64,000 nt of DNA from an uncultured Erysipelotrichaceae bacterium (GTDB lineage Bacteria > Bacillota_I > Bacilli_A > Erysipelotrichales > Erysipelotrichaceae): positions 2,502 to 66,501 of the forward strand of contig CALVGQ010000084.1 of assembly GCA_944327135.1 (NCBI GenBank), in the 5' to 3' direction. Below, piece by piece: positions 36,287 to 45,119 of the stretch (position 1 is its first letter; the number at the start of each line of letters is the position of its first letter). The notes under the pieces were generated by a model, which worked only from the letters and a program-made list of their open reading frames with translations, was not told the origin of the DNA and made no database searches. The position numbers and the translations under genes are program-made.

Positions 36287-37444
36287 TTATTTGCCCCATT
36301 GATGAAGCAGAGCGATGATGTTCATCTTGCTTTCACGAGTCAGGGTATCGGTAAAAGTTTCATAAGTCAGCAAATGTTGATCTGGTCCGGTGACATAAGG
36401 GGCATAGCCGTTGGAGTAGCAGGCGAGTGAACATTGAGAGCGGTCGATTTCTCCAAGATACCAGCTGAATAGTTCATTTGGGGCAAAAAGAATTCGGCAG
36501 CTTCCAAAATTTACACAGCTTATCATCATTTTTTTAGTTAGCTGTTCAGGGTGCTCACGAAGCTTTTCACGCATGACTTGCCCGTATCCGATCGTTTCTT
36601 TTTCACGTTCACTGAGATCCTTAGGCAACTGATTAAGATCAATCGGATCAAATTCATGTTTCAAATCAAGAATCTGGCTTTGGAATGAAAGGGACAACAA
36701 TGATTTTTTGGCCGGTTCTTGGCGCAGTTCGAGAATTCGTTTGACCAGACGTGATCCTAATTCTTCTACCGCAGCATAGTCCTGGGAGGATCGGGTGAAG
36801 CGGGTACTGACATCGCCATCAGCACTTTGCATGAATGTAAAGAAGGTGGCGGAATCGATTTGACTCAGCTGGCGCAGCACATAACCAGGGTATTCCGCGC
36901 TGAAATAAGGCGTATTGGCTTGAAGAATGGTTGGATGAACATTGTGTAAGATAATTTCTGCCAGCGGCTTTTCATCAGACGAAAAATCAATCAGATCTAA
37001 AATCAGGGCATCAGCGGTATGATGACTGATGCGGCTTTTTCCAACTCCATCGAAATAACAGCTGCGGCGACTGACATAAATTGGCCCGACTTCTTCCGGC
37101 TTTAAGGAGCGGGCAGCTTCAATGACCGTTTGATAAATGAAAGCCCGATATGCCTCGTCTTTAGGATCGCCGCAATGATGAGAGTGAGTGCAGCTGACGG
37201 TGATTGTCAGCGGAACGTTCCATTGAAGAGCCAGCTCTTTTTGCAGGGCTTCTTGGAAGGAAAGTGGAAGCCCAAGGTTATCGACTGATAGGTGGAGCCA
37301 GCCTTGATCTGCTTCTTCCAGATAAAGCAGGCGGGCATGCAGATCATCATGGACAGTACTGATTTTTTCGGTTTGTGTAAGATGCCCTGCCTGACGGGTA
37401 GGAAACGGTGGATTGATTAATACAGCTGCAGAAGCGAATTTCAT
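36287..37444 (-). CDS. hypothetical cytoplasmic protein, possibly with a neutral-ceramidase-like N-terminal hydrolase fold
   Basis: 385 aa. The pattern HDDLHARLLYL ... VSCTHSHHCGDP resembles the metal-binding region of the neutral/alkaline ceramidase superfamily. This is a weak assignment. Confidence 0.55.
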   Translation of the reverse strand: MKFASAAVLINPPFPTRQAGHLTQTEKISTVHDDLHARLLYLEEADQGWLHLSVDNLGLPLSFQEALQKELALQWNVPLTITVSCTHSHHCGDPKDEAYRAFIYQTVIEAARSLKPEEVGPIYVSRRSCYFDGVGKSRISHHTADALILDLIDFSSDEKPLAEIILHNVHPTILQANTPYFSAEYPGYVLRQLSQIDSATFFTFMQSADGDVSTRFTRSSQDYAAVEELGSRLVKRILELRQEPAKKSLLSLSFQSQILDLKHEFDPIDLNQLPKDLSEREKETIGYGQVMREKLREHPEQLTKKMMISCVNFGSCRILFAPNELFSWYLGEIDRSQCSLACYSNGYAPYVTGPDQHLLTYETFTDTLTRESKMNIIALLHQWGK

Positions 37445-37446
37445 GA

Positions 37447-38070
37447 TCATCCCTCCTTTTCAGATGAATTCTGTTTTTTTAAAGATTCTTTGAAGGTCTC
37501 AAGAACGATGCCATCCTTATAATAGACATTCAGATACTTGATATTTAAGGCTTTAGCTTGCTCATACTGGCTAACTAATGGGATGAGTGTCTGATTATGG
37601 CTGATTAAAAGATTTGGAATGATGAAATGACGGTTAGGGCGTGCTGGATCTTCTGTGATAAAAACTGAACCCAATGGAATGGACTGGAGTTCGCGATTTA
37701 TTTTCTCATAAAACGTACAGGAAGTTCGATTAAGCTTAGAGTCATAGACATCTGCAGTAATTTCCCAAAGGACATATCGCTTGCCGCTGGAATCTTTGAT
37801 TGCCAGGTAAGGCTTAGCCGAGCGAATGTTGGCAAGAGCGACCTGACCTTTTGCGGTCATTTTTTGAATTAATTGCTTATCCCAGTTGACTTCAAGCATT
37901 TTAAAGAAGAAGTAAGCTCCAAGGCTATACAGCATAAAAAGAATAAAGATGAGCATTTTATGATCTTGAAGCTTGTTGTAGTTGAAAACAATGATTAGAA
38001 CAAACAGGACCAGGCTGCCTAATAGCAGCAACAGCAGCTGATTGAGACGCTGATATATTTTTAATTGCAT
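37447..38070 (-). CDS. hypothetical membrane protein (2 N-terminal TM helices plus a soluble domain)
   Basis: ORF with a GGAGTG RBS. Its stop lies 2 nt from the start of the downstream gene. No family was recognised. Confidence 0.55.
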   Translation of the reverse strand: MQLKIYQRLNQLLLLLLGSLVLFVLIIVFNYNKLQDHKMLIFILFMLYSLGAYFFFKMLEVNWDKQLIQKMTAKGQVALANIRSAKPYLAIKDSSGKRYVLWEITADVYDSKLNRTSCTFYEKINRELQSIPLGSVFITEDPARPNRHFIIPNLLISHNQTLIPLVSQYEQAKALNIKYLNVYYKDGIVLETFKESLKKQNSSEKEG

Positions 38071-38410
38071 GAGAATCACTCCATTCAACTCAATTATAGT
38101 GAAACTGTAGAGGAAAGTAAAACAAAATCAGGAGTGGATGGAATAAAGTGGGGCAAAAGTAAATCAAAAACAGATTATCCCATAATAGTTTTACTAAAAC
38201 TTTTAAATAATGCTCTGAAAATACATCTGAAATAAAAAAAAGAGCATTTTTTAAAGCGCTTATATTTACCTCAAGAAAACTTGATAAATCTTCTAATGAA
38301 AAGCTTATAAATAAAGGTAATTTATCATCTGGTAGGACCAGTTTTAACTGACTGAAAAATGTGAAAAAAATGTAAAAAGAAGAAAAATCAATTTTTTTCG
38401 TTTTCACTTT

Positions 38411-38424
38411 TGTAAGCGATTCCA
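38411..38424 (+). promoter_or_regulatory. candidate CcpA cre site upstream of the PTS operon
   Basis: TGTAAGCGATTCCA has one mismatch to TGWAANCGNTNWCA. Confidence 0.4.
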
Positions 38425-38464
38425 AAAAAATGTGCTAATTGTGTGAAAATGATGGGTTTCGGGG

Positions 38465-38493
38465 TTTACTTTTTAAAATCGGGAAGATATAAT
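38465..38493 (+). promoter_or_regulatory. sigma-A promoter of the PTS IIC-IID genes
   Basis: TTTACT, a 17-nt spacer, then TATAAT. Confidence 0.5.
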
Positions 38494-38520
38494 CAAGGCA
38501 TAAGGAGGTGTTTATATTAT

Positions 38521-39258
38521 ATGAACACAGTATTTGTAGCCTTGCTGCTTGGTTTATGGGCCGGTGTTTCGATGGTTCTGAACCTGACTGGTCTGGGTGT
38601 ACGTACAGCATTGATCTCGGGGGTTATCGCAGGGGCATTGGTAGGCGATGTCAATATGGGATTCCAAATCGGAGCAACCTGTACACTGATGAGCATCGGT
38701 TTTTACACTTATGGTGGTGCAACAATTCCTGACTATGTTACGGGAGCTATGTTTGGTGTTGTTGCTGCTGCAAACAGCGGAAGCTATGACATTGGTTTGA
38801 CGATCGCTGTTACGCTTTCTCTTCTGATGACCCAGATGGATATCTTGGGCCGTGCTTCTACAACGGTTTTCCAGCATTTAGCTGATAAAGCGCTGGCAAA
38901 CAATAATTTGGGAGCATTCGATCTGTGGACGCTGGCAGGTACCTTGCCTTGGATCCTGTCTCGTTTCATCCCAGTTTTCTTGGGTGTTCTGCTGATTAAC
39001 AACATTCAGGCATTTGCGGATTTTGCAAACAACGTAAAATGGATCTCAGATGGTCTGTCTGTAGTTGGTAAAGCGCTGCCTGCAGTTGGATTTGCTCTGT
39101 TGCTTTCCTATATGGATATCAAGAAATATTGGCCGTTCATGGTGATTGGTTATGTCATGTTTGCATACATGGGTGTTGGAACACTTGGTTTGGCGATCGT
39201 TGGTGCCGCTGCCGGTGCTCTGTATACAACTACCCAGCAGACTGGAGGTGCTGAATAA
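38521..39258 (+). CDS. PTS mannose/fructose/sorbose-family EIIC component
   Basis: Polytopic membrane protein, 245 aa, immediately upstream of an EIID gene. Start ATG 38521 follows an AAGGAGG RBS. Confidence 0.85.
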   Translation: MNTVFVALLLGLWAGVSMVLNLTGLGVRTALISGVIAGALVGDVNMGFQIGATCTLMSIGFYTYGGATIPDYVTGAMFGVVAAANSGSYDIGLTIAVTLSLLMTQMDILGRASTTVFQHLADKALANNNLGAFDLWTLAGTLPWILSRFIPVFLGVLLINNIQAFADFANNVKWISDGLSVVGKALPAVGFALLLSYMDIKKYWPFMVIGYVMFAYMGVGTLGLAIVGAAAGALYTTTQQTGGAE

Positions 39259-40091
39259 TGGCAAGAACAAATAAAAAACTGAGTCAGAAAGCAATTCGTT
39301 CCGCTTGCACCCGTCATAACTGGGGATTGCAGTGGTGCTGGAACTATGAACGTATGCAGGCTTGCGGCTATGCATGGGCGATGGAACCGGTTATTAAAGA
39401 ACTGTATGATACGGTTGATGAACAGTGCCGTGAATTGGAAAGACATATGCAGTTCTACAACACCCATCCAGGTGCTTCTGCCTTGATCATGGGTGCTGAC
39501 GTTGCTTTGGAAGAAAACTATCAGGGTGAAGTCGGTGACAGCTTGAAAGTTGCGCTGATGGGTCCTTTGGCTGGTATTGGTGATACGATTCAGGGTGTTT
39601 TGGTTACTCCAACCTTTAATATCATCGGTGCTTCTTTGGCAGCTGAAGGAAGCTGGCTGTCTATCGTTGCTACAACGCTTCCGATTTTGATCCTGTTCAT
39701 TATCCGTTGGCCGCTGTTCAACTATGGTTATAAACAAGGTGTCAACGTTATCAGCGATGTCAATGGAGCAAGTGCATTGGATCGTCTGCAGGTTGCTGCA
39801 AGCGTACTGGGCTTGACAGTAGTTGGTGGATTTGTTCCTTCGATCCTGTCCGGCTTGACCATTAAAGATGATTTCTTAGCAACCGAGCTGACCAATGAAG
39901 CAGGTGAAGTTGTATCGACAACAGCAGGTCAGATTCAGGCTGGTTTGGATGCGATCCTGCCTTACATGATTCCTATTCTGGCAACAGCACTTTGCTATTG
40001 GTTGATCAAGATTAAGAAAGTTACACCACTTAAGACAATTTTGTTGCTTGCTTTGATTGCCTTTGTTTTCGGAGCATTCGGTGTAATGTAA
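39258..40091 (+). CDS. PTS mannose-family EIID component
   Basis: N-terminal IRSACTRHNWGLQWCWNYERMQACGYAWAM is typical of ManZ/AgaD-type IID. It overlaps the IIC stop by 1 nt. Confidence 0.9.
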   Translation: MARTNKKLSQKAIRSACTRHNWGLQWCWNYERMQACGYAWAMEPVIKELYDTVDEQCRELERHMQFYNTHPGASALIMGADVALEENYQGEVGDSLKVALMGPLAGIGDTIQGVLVTPTFNIIGASLAAEGSWLSIVATTLPILILFIIRWPLFNYGYKQGVNVISDVNGASALDRLQVAASVLGLTVVGGFVPSILSGLTIKDDFLATELTNEAGEVVSTTAGQIQAGLDAILPYMIPILATALCYWLIKIKKVTPLKTILLLALIAFVFGAFGVM

Positions 40092-40161
40092 AAAAGGCGA
40101 TATCTTCCTGATCTGTCAGAGCATCAATGCAGAGAGGGATTGTCTTTTGCTTGAATGTTAA

Positions 40162-40203
40162 AAAGAAACCGCGCTGATGCTAATAGCTGCGGTTTCTTTA
40201 TTC
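40162..40203 (+). terminator. intrinsic terminator between EIID and EIIB
   Basis: AAAGAAACCGC / GCGGTTTCTTT with a 16-nt loop, followed by ATT. Confidence 0.6.
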
Positions 40204-40363
40204 CCAGATAGGGAAAATGGCAAATCGAGCAAAAAGGGGTAATCTTGATCGTTTTCTAGCTTAAAATAAAAATAAGGATAAGGTAAAAAAGAAACATTTC
40301 GACGGGGAGAAAGTTAAAGCACAGGGCTGCATTTTATCCAGATTAAGATGAAAAGTTACAAAC

Positions 40364-40392
40364 TTGATTTCTCGCGGTCAGGATGATATAGT
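40364..40392 (+). promoter_or_regulatory. sigma-A promoter of the EIIB gene
   Basis: TTGATT, a 17-nt spacer, then TATAGT. Confidence 0.5.
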
Positions 40393-40425
40393 TAGTTTAG
40401 AGAAACCTATAGGAGGAAATGACGA

Positions 40426-40911
40426 ATGATTAAACACTTGAGAATTGACAATCGTTTGATTCACGGACAGGTAGCTGTTACCTGGAAGAATCACATTGGA
40501 GCTCAGGCAATCATCGTTTGTAACGATCAGGTTGCAGCAGATCCAATTCAGAAAATGGCTTTGCCGATGGCGGCTAGAGGATCAAAGGTTTTGGTTTATT
40601 CCATTGCCGAAACGATTCAGTACGCGAAAGATCATCCATCGGAGACAATGTTTGTAATTTGCAAATTCCCATCCGATGCTCTTCAAATTATTGAGTCTGG
40701 TCTTGAAATTGCGGATGTTAACGTTGGAAATGCAGCTCCGATTGCAGGGACAAAATATGTAATGGTTACCAAATCTATTGCAGCGACTGCAGAAGATGCA
40801 GCGGTTTATCGGAAGATTGCTGAATTGCGTGGCGGAAAACTTCGCAGCCGTCTGACTCCGGCAAACGAGGAAATTGATTTCCTGAAAGCCTTGGCTGACG
40901 CTGGCCTTTAA
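40426..40911 (+). CDS. PTS mannose-family EIIB component
   Basis: Phospho-histidine motif LRIDNRLIHGQVAVTW. 161 aa. Confidence 0.9.
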   Translation: MIKHLRIDNRLIHGQVAVTWKNHIGAQAIIVCNDQVAADPIQKMALPMAARGSKVLVYSIAETIQYAKDHPSETMFVICKFPSDALQIIESGLEIADVNVGNAAPIAGTKYVMVTKSIAATAEDAAVYRKIAELRGGKLRSRLTPANEEIDFLKALADAGL

Positions 40912-40926
40912 TTTCAGTATAATTTT

Positions 40927-40953
40927 AGCGGATCAAGCGATCCGCTTTTTTTT
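40927..40953 (+). terminator. intrinsic terminator after EIIB
   Basis: AGCGGATC-AAGC-GATCCGCT followed by TTTTTTT. Confidence 0.85.
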
Positions 40954-41029
40954 GAAAAAACGCATCACGGATAGGAATATCTAGCTGTTCTAGTATTTTT
41001 ATGATATAATAAACAAAAAGAGGGAGAAT

Positions 41030-41545
41030 ATGAGCGAAGAAAAAAGTCAGGTTTTGCCTATAGGTGAAATTAAAAATGAGGGGAAATTAATTCAGGAAAT
41101 TTTTTATAAACCTAAAGGAGCGACAGTAGTTTGTCTTTTGGTGGGGCTGTGCTTTATAGTGACATTGCATCCTGCTGCCATTGCTTTGGGAATTTTTATT
41201 TTAGCGGTGGCGCTTTTCGTAATCTTTAAAATTAAGAATTATAAGACAATTGGAGTGTATGACCGTTATTTGATTATTTATGCAACAAAAGATCAGAATT
41301 ATGCCCGTCGAATCGAACTAGATGAAATTCAAGAGTGGACAGTTAAAAGCGGAGAGGGCATTTCGGATGCTCTAATGCTGAAACTGCAGGACGGAGAAGT
41401 TTTATTCAAGGATACTTTTCAGATCGGTTTAGTATATAAATCTCTAAATAAAGTTATTCCAGAAAAGGAGACAAGAAAGATTCGTGAGGAGGCTAATAAA
41501 AAGAAGAAATTGAAATTCTCCTGGCCTTTTAAAAAAAGAAAATAA
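41030..41545 (+). CDS. hypothetical membrane protein (2 TM helices, basic C-terminal tail)
   Basis: 171-aa ORF with a GAGGGAGA RBS. No family was recognised. Confidence 0.55.
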   Translation: MSEEKSQVLPIGEIKNEGKLIQEIFYKPKGATVVCLLVGLCFIVTLHPAAIALGIFILAVALFVIFKIKNYKTIGVYDRYLIIYATKDQNYARRIELDEIQEWTVKSGEGISDALMLKLQDGEVLFKDTFQIGLVYKSLNKVIPEKETRKIREEANKKKKLKFSWPFKKRK

Positions 41546-41560
41546 AAATGGAATAAAAAG

Positions 41561-41603
41561 AAAAGGATTGGTGCCATCAATATAGGATACCAATCCTTTT
41601 TTT
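41561..41603. terminator. bidirectional terminator
   Basis: AAAAGGATTGGT / ACCAATCCTTTT flanked by A- and T-runs. Confidence 0.75.
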
Positions 41604-41617
41604 AGATAGAACAGGAA

Positions 41618-42340
41618 TTAGAAATGTTTTACCCGACCGGTATATTTTTCATAAATGGCATCATTGTTGAAGCCATCTACGTTCTGCGATTGGAATACAT
41701 AAGGCTTGAATCCTTTTTCAGTAACGATGCGGATGGCCTCTGAAACAATGGTATTCAAAAGGAACATGCTGACAATGCTGGAACCAGGCCCTGTAAGGAT
41801 TCCATTGATATTTAGCAAAGCATCACCGCTTGGAACACAGGTATCCACAATGATGTCTGCGCATTCAAACAGACGTTTTCCTGAAGGGTGACGGCTTGTT
41901 GAATTGCGTGATTGTTCGACGTTGGTCACGGCGACCGTCAGCACTCCTTCTTTTTGACAGCGCATGGCCATTTCGATCGGCATGGCATTTCTTCCGGAGT
42001 TGGAAGAGATAATCATAATATCCCCCGCTTCAATATTGTAGCTGTCATAGATGATATCAGAAAGCCCTGGCAATTTTTCAATGTTTCCGCTGCGAACAGC
42101 ACCGAAACTGGTTAAGGTATCAGGATCCAGCATGGCGTCTACGTTTCCAAGACCGCCAGCACGGGCAAACAATTCGATGCCAATCATATGAGAATGACCT
42201 GTTCCAAAAGTATGGATCAGTTTGTCATTCATCATATTTTCGGCAAATTTTTCACTTAATTGACGGATCGTATCGGCATTAGTTTCAGCGGCTTTCTTTA
42301 AAAGCTCGCTGAGCTGATTCATATATTCAAATTCAAACAT
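41618..42340 (-). CDS. SIS domain protein, UPF0309 family (copy 3)
   Basis: Motifs IHTFGTGHSHMIGIELFARAGGL, IISSNSGRN, SRHPSGKRL and DTCVPSGDA. Confidence 0.8.
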   Translation of the reverse strand: MFEFEYMNQLSELLKKAAETNADTIRQLSEKFAENMMNDKLIHTFGTGHSHMIGIELFARAGGLGNVDAMLDPDTLTSFGAVRSGNIEKLPGLSDIIYDSYNIEAGDIMIISSNSGRNAMPIEMAMRCQKEGVLTVAVTNVEQSRNSTSRHPSGKRLFECADIIVDTCVPSGDALLNINGILTGPGSSIVSMFLLNTIVSEAIRIVTEKGFKPYVFQSQNVDGFNNDAIYEKYTGRVKHF

Positions 42341-42342
42341 GA

Positions 42343-43101
42343 CTATATCCTCCCTTGATATTGATGGATCAATGCTTCATTATGTTCTTTCCAGCCTTCT
42401 GTTTCAGAAGACCAAAGCAGTGGAACAGTTTTTCCATGAGTTTGCAGGATCTCGGCGATTTCAGCGGTCAATGATTGAGCAATGAAAGCGCCCGTAATGG
42501 AGCTGATCGAACAGATTTTTTCAATTCTTCCCGTTTCAATCAGCGCATCGCCTTTTGGCCCACAGTTGTCAATGACGATATTTCCAAGCTCGTAAAGTTT
42601 TTTGCCGCTTGGATGACGGCTGTCTTCGCTGGAAGTATGCTGCCAGCTGGTGACGACAATGACCTGATGACCGCGTTCCCGCGCAGTGATGGCCATATCG
42701 ATGACGACTCCGTTGATGCCGGAATTGGAGATAATGATAAAGCAATCGGCAGGTCGAATATCATACAAGTCATAAAGCTTATCGGCAATGCCCGGGCGGC
42801 GTTCAAATACATTATCCGGGTTTTTAAAATCTTCTAGGGTAACTTTTCCTTTTAAGACAAAATCGCTGGTATCGATGCAGTGGATCGGCACTAAAGAGCC
42901 AGGCCGATTTTTCATTTCCAGTCCGAATCCAATGGAATGACCGGATCCAAAGACATGCACAACTCCGCCGTTTTCAATAGTTTCTGCGCAAATCGCTGCC
43001 GCCTTTTGGATATTCTCCTCTTCTTTATCAAGCAGCGTATCCAGCACAACCATTAATTCATCATAAAATGTTTCTAATGTAATTTTTTTCATTCTTGTCA
43101 C
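42343..43101 (-). CDS. SIS domain protein, UPF0309 family (copy 2)
   Basis: Motifs VHVFGSGHSIGFGLEM, IIISNSGING, SRHPSGKKL and DNCGPKGDA. Confidence 0.8.
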   Translation of the reverse strand: MTRMKKITLETFYDELMVVLDTLLDKEEENIQKAAAICAETIENGGVVHVFGSGHSIGFGLEMKNRPGSLVPIHCIDTSDFVLKGKVTLEDFKNPDNVFERRPGIADKLYDLYDIRPADCFIIISNSGINGVVIDMAITARERGHQVIVVTSWQHTSSEDSRHPSGKKLYELGNIVIDNCGPKGDALIETGRIEKICSISSITGAFIAQSLTAEIAEILQTHGKTVPLLWSSETEGWKEHNEALIHQYQGRI

Positions 43102-43102
43102 C

Positions 43103-43846
43103 TCAGCTGTTCCAGCGTCCCAGATATCGATCGGAGATGGCTCGGTTATGGACGTCGGCTCCTTTCACGTTTGCGCTTAACAGTACAGGACACTCTTTTC
43201 CATTTTCAACAAGATAACGATAAGTTTCTGCAGTCAGCATCTGAGCAATGACATTGCCGCAGATCGTATTGACCTGAGTCATTTTGATGGTTTCATTCAG
43301 TGGTAAAACGGTATCAGGATTAGGCCCCATCACATCGAGAACCAAATCTGCCAAATCAGTTAATTTCTTTCCGCTTTCATGAAGGATCGGACTGGCTTCG
43401 GCCAGAGATTGGCTGACAACAGCAATGATTTTTTGATTTTTTTGCTTCGCCATCAGCGCGGTTTCCACGATGATCGGCTCATTTCCCGCAAAACTGATTA
43501 GAATAAACATATCTTCTGGCAGAATGTTGTAGATTCCTAACAGTTTATGAGCCATGTCGGGATTGTTGTTGAATTCAGGATCGTTTAATGTTTCTTCCTG
43601 GATCAGCCCACGTAAGGCGAGATCTTTCGGTTTGATTTGATGAAATGGCATCAGTCCGCCAGCACGATATCCTAATTCCATAGAAAATGCCAAACCGTTC
43701 CCCAAGCCAAAAAGCTGGACAACGCCATTGGCATCCATGCAATCTCCCATCATGCGCGCGGCTTCAACAATCGGCTGTTTTTGTGTGTCTTTGACTTCCG
43801 TGATATACTGCTTTGCGATTTCAAAGAAGTCTTTGGATTTAGACAT
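43103..43846 (-). CDS. SIS domain protein, UPF0309 family, divergent (copy 1)
   Basis: Same length and layout as copies 2 and 3, but with altered motifs: QLFGLGNGLAFSMELGYRAGGL, ISFAGNEP and ILHESGKKL. Start ATG 43846 is preferred over GTG 43852. Confidence 0.75.
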   Translation of the reverse strand: MSKSKDFFEIAKQYITEVKDTQKQPIVEAARMMGDCMDANGVVQLFGLGNGLAFSMELGYRAGGLMPFHQIKPKDLALRGLIQEETLNDPEFNNNPDMAHKLLGIYNILPEDMFILISFAGNEPIIVETALMAKQKNQKIIAVVSQSLAEASPILHESGKKLTDLADLVLDVMGPNPDTVLPLNETIKMTQVNTICGNVIAQMLTAETYRYLVENGKECPVLLSANVKGADVHNRAISDRYLGRWNS

Positions 43847-43926
43847 AATCACCCTTCCTTTCCCTTGCTAAAACCTACCTTCATTATAGGGACTGAAAAT
43901 GGTGAAGTCAATCAAGAACGGTCGTT

Positions 43927-43940
43927 TTAAAGCGCTTTCT
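43927..43940. promoter_or_regulatory. candidate cre-like palindrome in a divergent promoter region
   Basis: TTAAAGCGCTTTCT has a perfect AAAGCGCTTT core and two terminal mismatches to the cre consensus. Confidence 0.35.
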
Positions 43941-44060
43941 TTTTTGTCAGAAAGTTCGCTTAATCCATGCATTTGTTATTCGAATATGATATGATAAAAT
44001 CAGTTGAAGATCCAGGGAAGAAACAGGGTTTTCATCAAAGAAAGTCAGGTGAGAGAGACA

Positions 44061-45116
44061 GTGTTAAACTACAAAAAATTAAAAGAGCTGGATGGTTGGC
44101 TGCGTCACTTTGTAGAAGAAGGGGCCGCTCCGGGGATGTGTGCGGCGTTGGTCACTCCTAATGAAAAGTGGATGAAATGTTATGGCCTTCGACAGCTTGT
44201 TCCAAACCCGGAACCAGCAACTTTGGATACGCTTTGGGACATGGCCTCTTGCAGCAAGGTTGTCGTGACCGCAACTTGTATCATGAAGCTGATAGAAGAG
44301 GGAATGATCAGCTTGGATACACGGATTCATGAGATTTTACCTGAATTTAATCAAACAGAAATCACGATTCAGGCATGTCTGACTCATTCTTCGGGATTGC
44401 CGGCGGATATTAACGGGTATAAACAAATGACATCTGAGGAAATGATTGCGGCTGCGATGAAAATCGAACAAGAAGCGGAGTGGATCGGGAAAGTTCATTA
44501 TTCGGATGTCAATTTTATCCTTTTGGGAATGGTGATTGAAAGGCTGAAAGGCTCTTTGGATGGTTATGCTAAAGAGCTGATGTTTCAGCCGCTTCAAATG
44601 GAAAACACGATGTATAATCCAGATCACTCATTAGCGGACCGTTGTGCTGCATATGAAGATCTTCCGGCACGCGGCGGAATTGTCCGCGGAGTGGTTCATG
44701 ATGGAAAAGCATTTAAATTGGGCGGGGTGTCCGGCCATGCTGGTGTTTTTTCAACGATCGAAGATCTGACTCATTATGTTGACATGATGCTGAATAACGG
44801 AATTTGGCATGGCCATCGTTTTTTCAGTGAAAAAACAATGGAGCTGTATCGAACCTGTTTGACAGAAGGCATGAATGAGAAACGGTCGGTGGGTTGGGTA
44901 ATTTCCGATCCCAATTATGCTTTAGGGCATCATTTCAGTGAGCACACCTTATTTCATACCGGTTTTTCGGGTCCAAGCATCCTGATCGATTTGGATCGTC
45001 ATCTGGGATGCATTCTTTTAGCCAATCGAGTCCATCCGACACGTGAGAATCGGTTGATTTTGGAGGCTCGGAATATCATTCATGATGCGGCATATGAATG
45101 CCTGAAAGGAGAATAG
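44061..45116 (+). CDS. serine hydrolase of the beta-lactamase (class C / DD-peptidase-like) fold, no signal peptide
   Basis: SxxK motif (ASCSKVV) with a downstream HSSGLP region. I propose start GTG 44061 after AGGTGAGAG, but this is uncertain; the track ORF starts at 44004. Confidence 0.75.
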   Translation: MLNYKKLKELDGWLRHFVEEGAAPGMCAALVTPNEKWMKCYGLRQLVPNPEPATLDTLWDMASCSKVVVTATCIMKLIEEGMISLDTRIHEILPEFNQTEITIQACLTHSSGLPADINGYKQMTSEEMIAAAMKIEQEAEWIGKVHYSDVNFILLGMVIERLKGSLDGYAKELMFQPLQMENTMYNPDHSLADRCAAYEDLPARGGIVRGVVHDGKAFKLGGVSGHAGVFSTIEDLTHYVDMMLNNGIWHGHRFFSEKTMELYRTCLTEGMNEKRSVGWVISDPNYALGHHFSEHTLFHTGFSGPSILIDLDRHLGCILLANRVHPTRENRLILEARNIIHDAAYECLKGE

Positions 45117-45119
45117 AGA

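Noticed and set aside
38090-38425. A 111-aa minus-strand ORF in the AT-rich region upstream of the PTS operon.
   Set aside because: It has a low-complexity F/L/K-rich translation typical of AT-rich intergenic DNA, has no RBS, and overlaps promoter and cre-like elements. I treat it as non-coding.
40210-40240. TGGCAA...GCAAA in the IID-IIB spacer as a possible sigma-54 (-24/-12) promoter, as is common for mannose-family PTS operons.
   Set aside because: The GG-to-GC spacing is 8 nt instead of 10, and no LevR/ManR-type activator gene is present. A plausible sigma-A promoter exists at 40364-40392.
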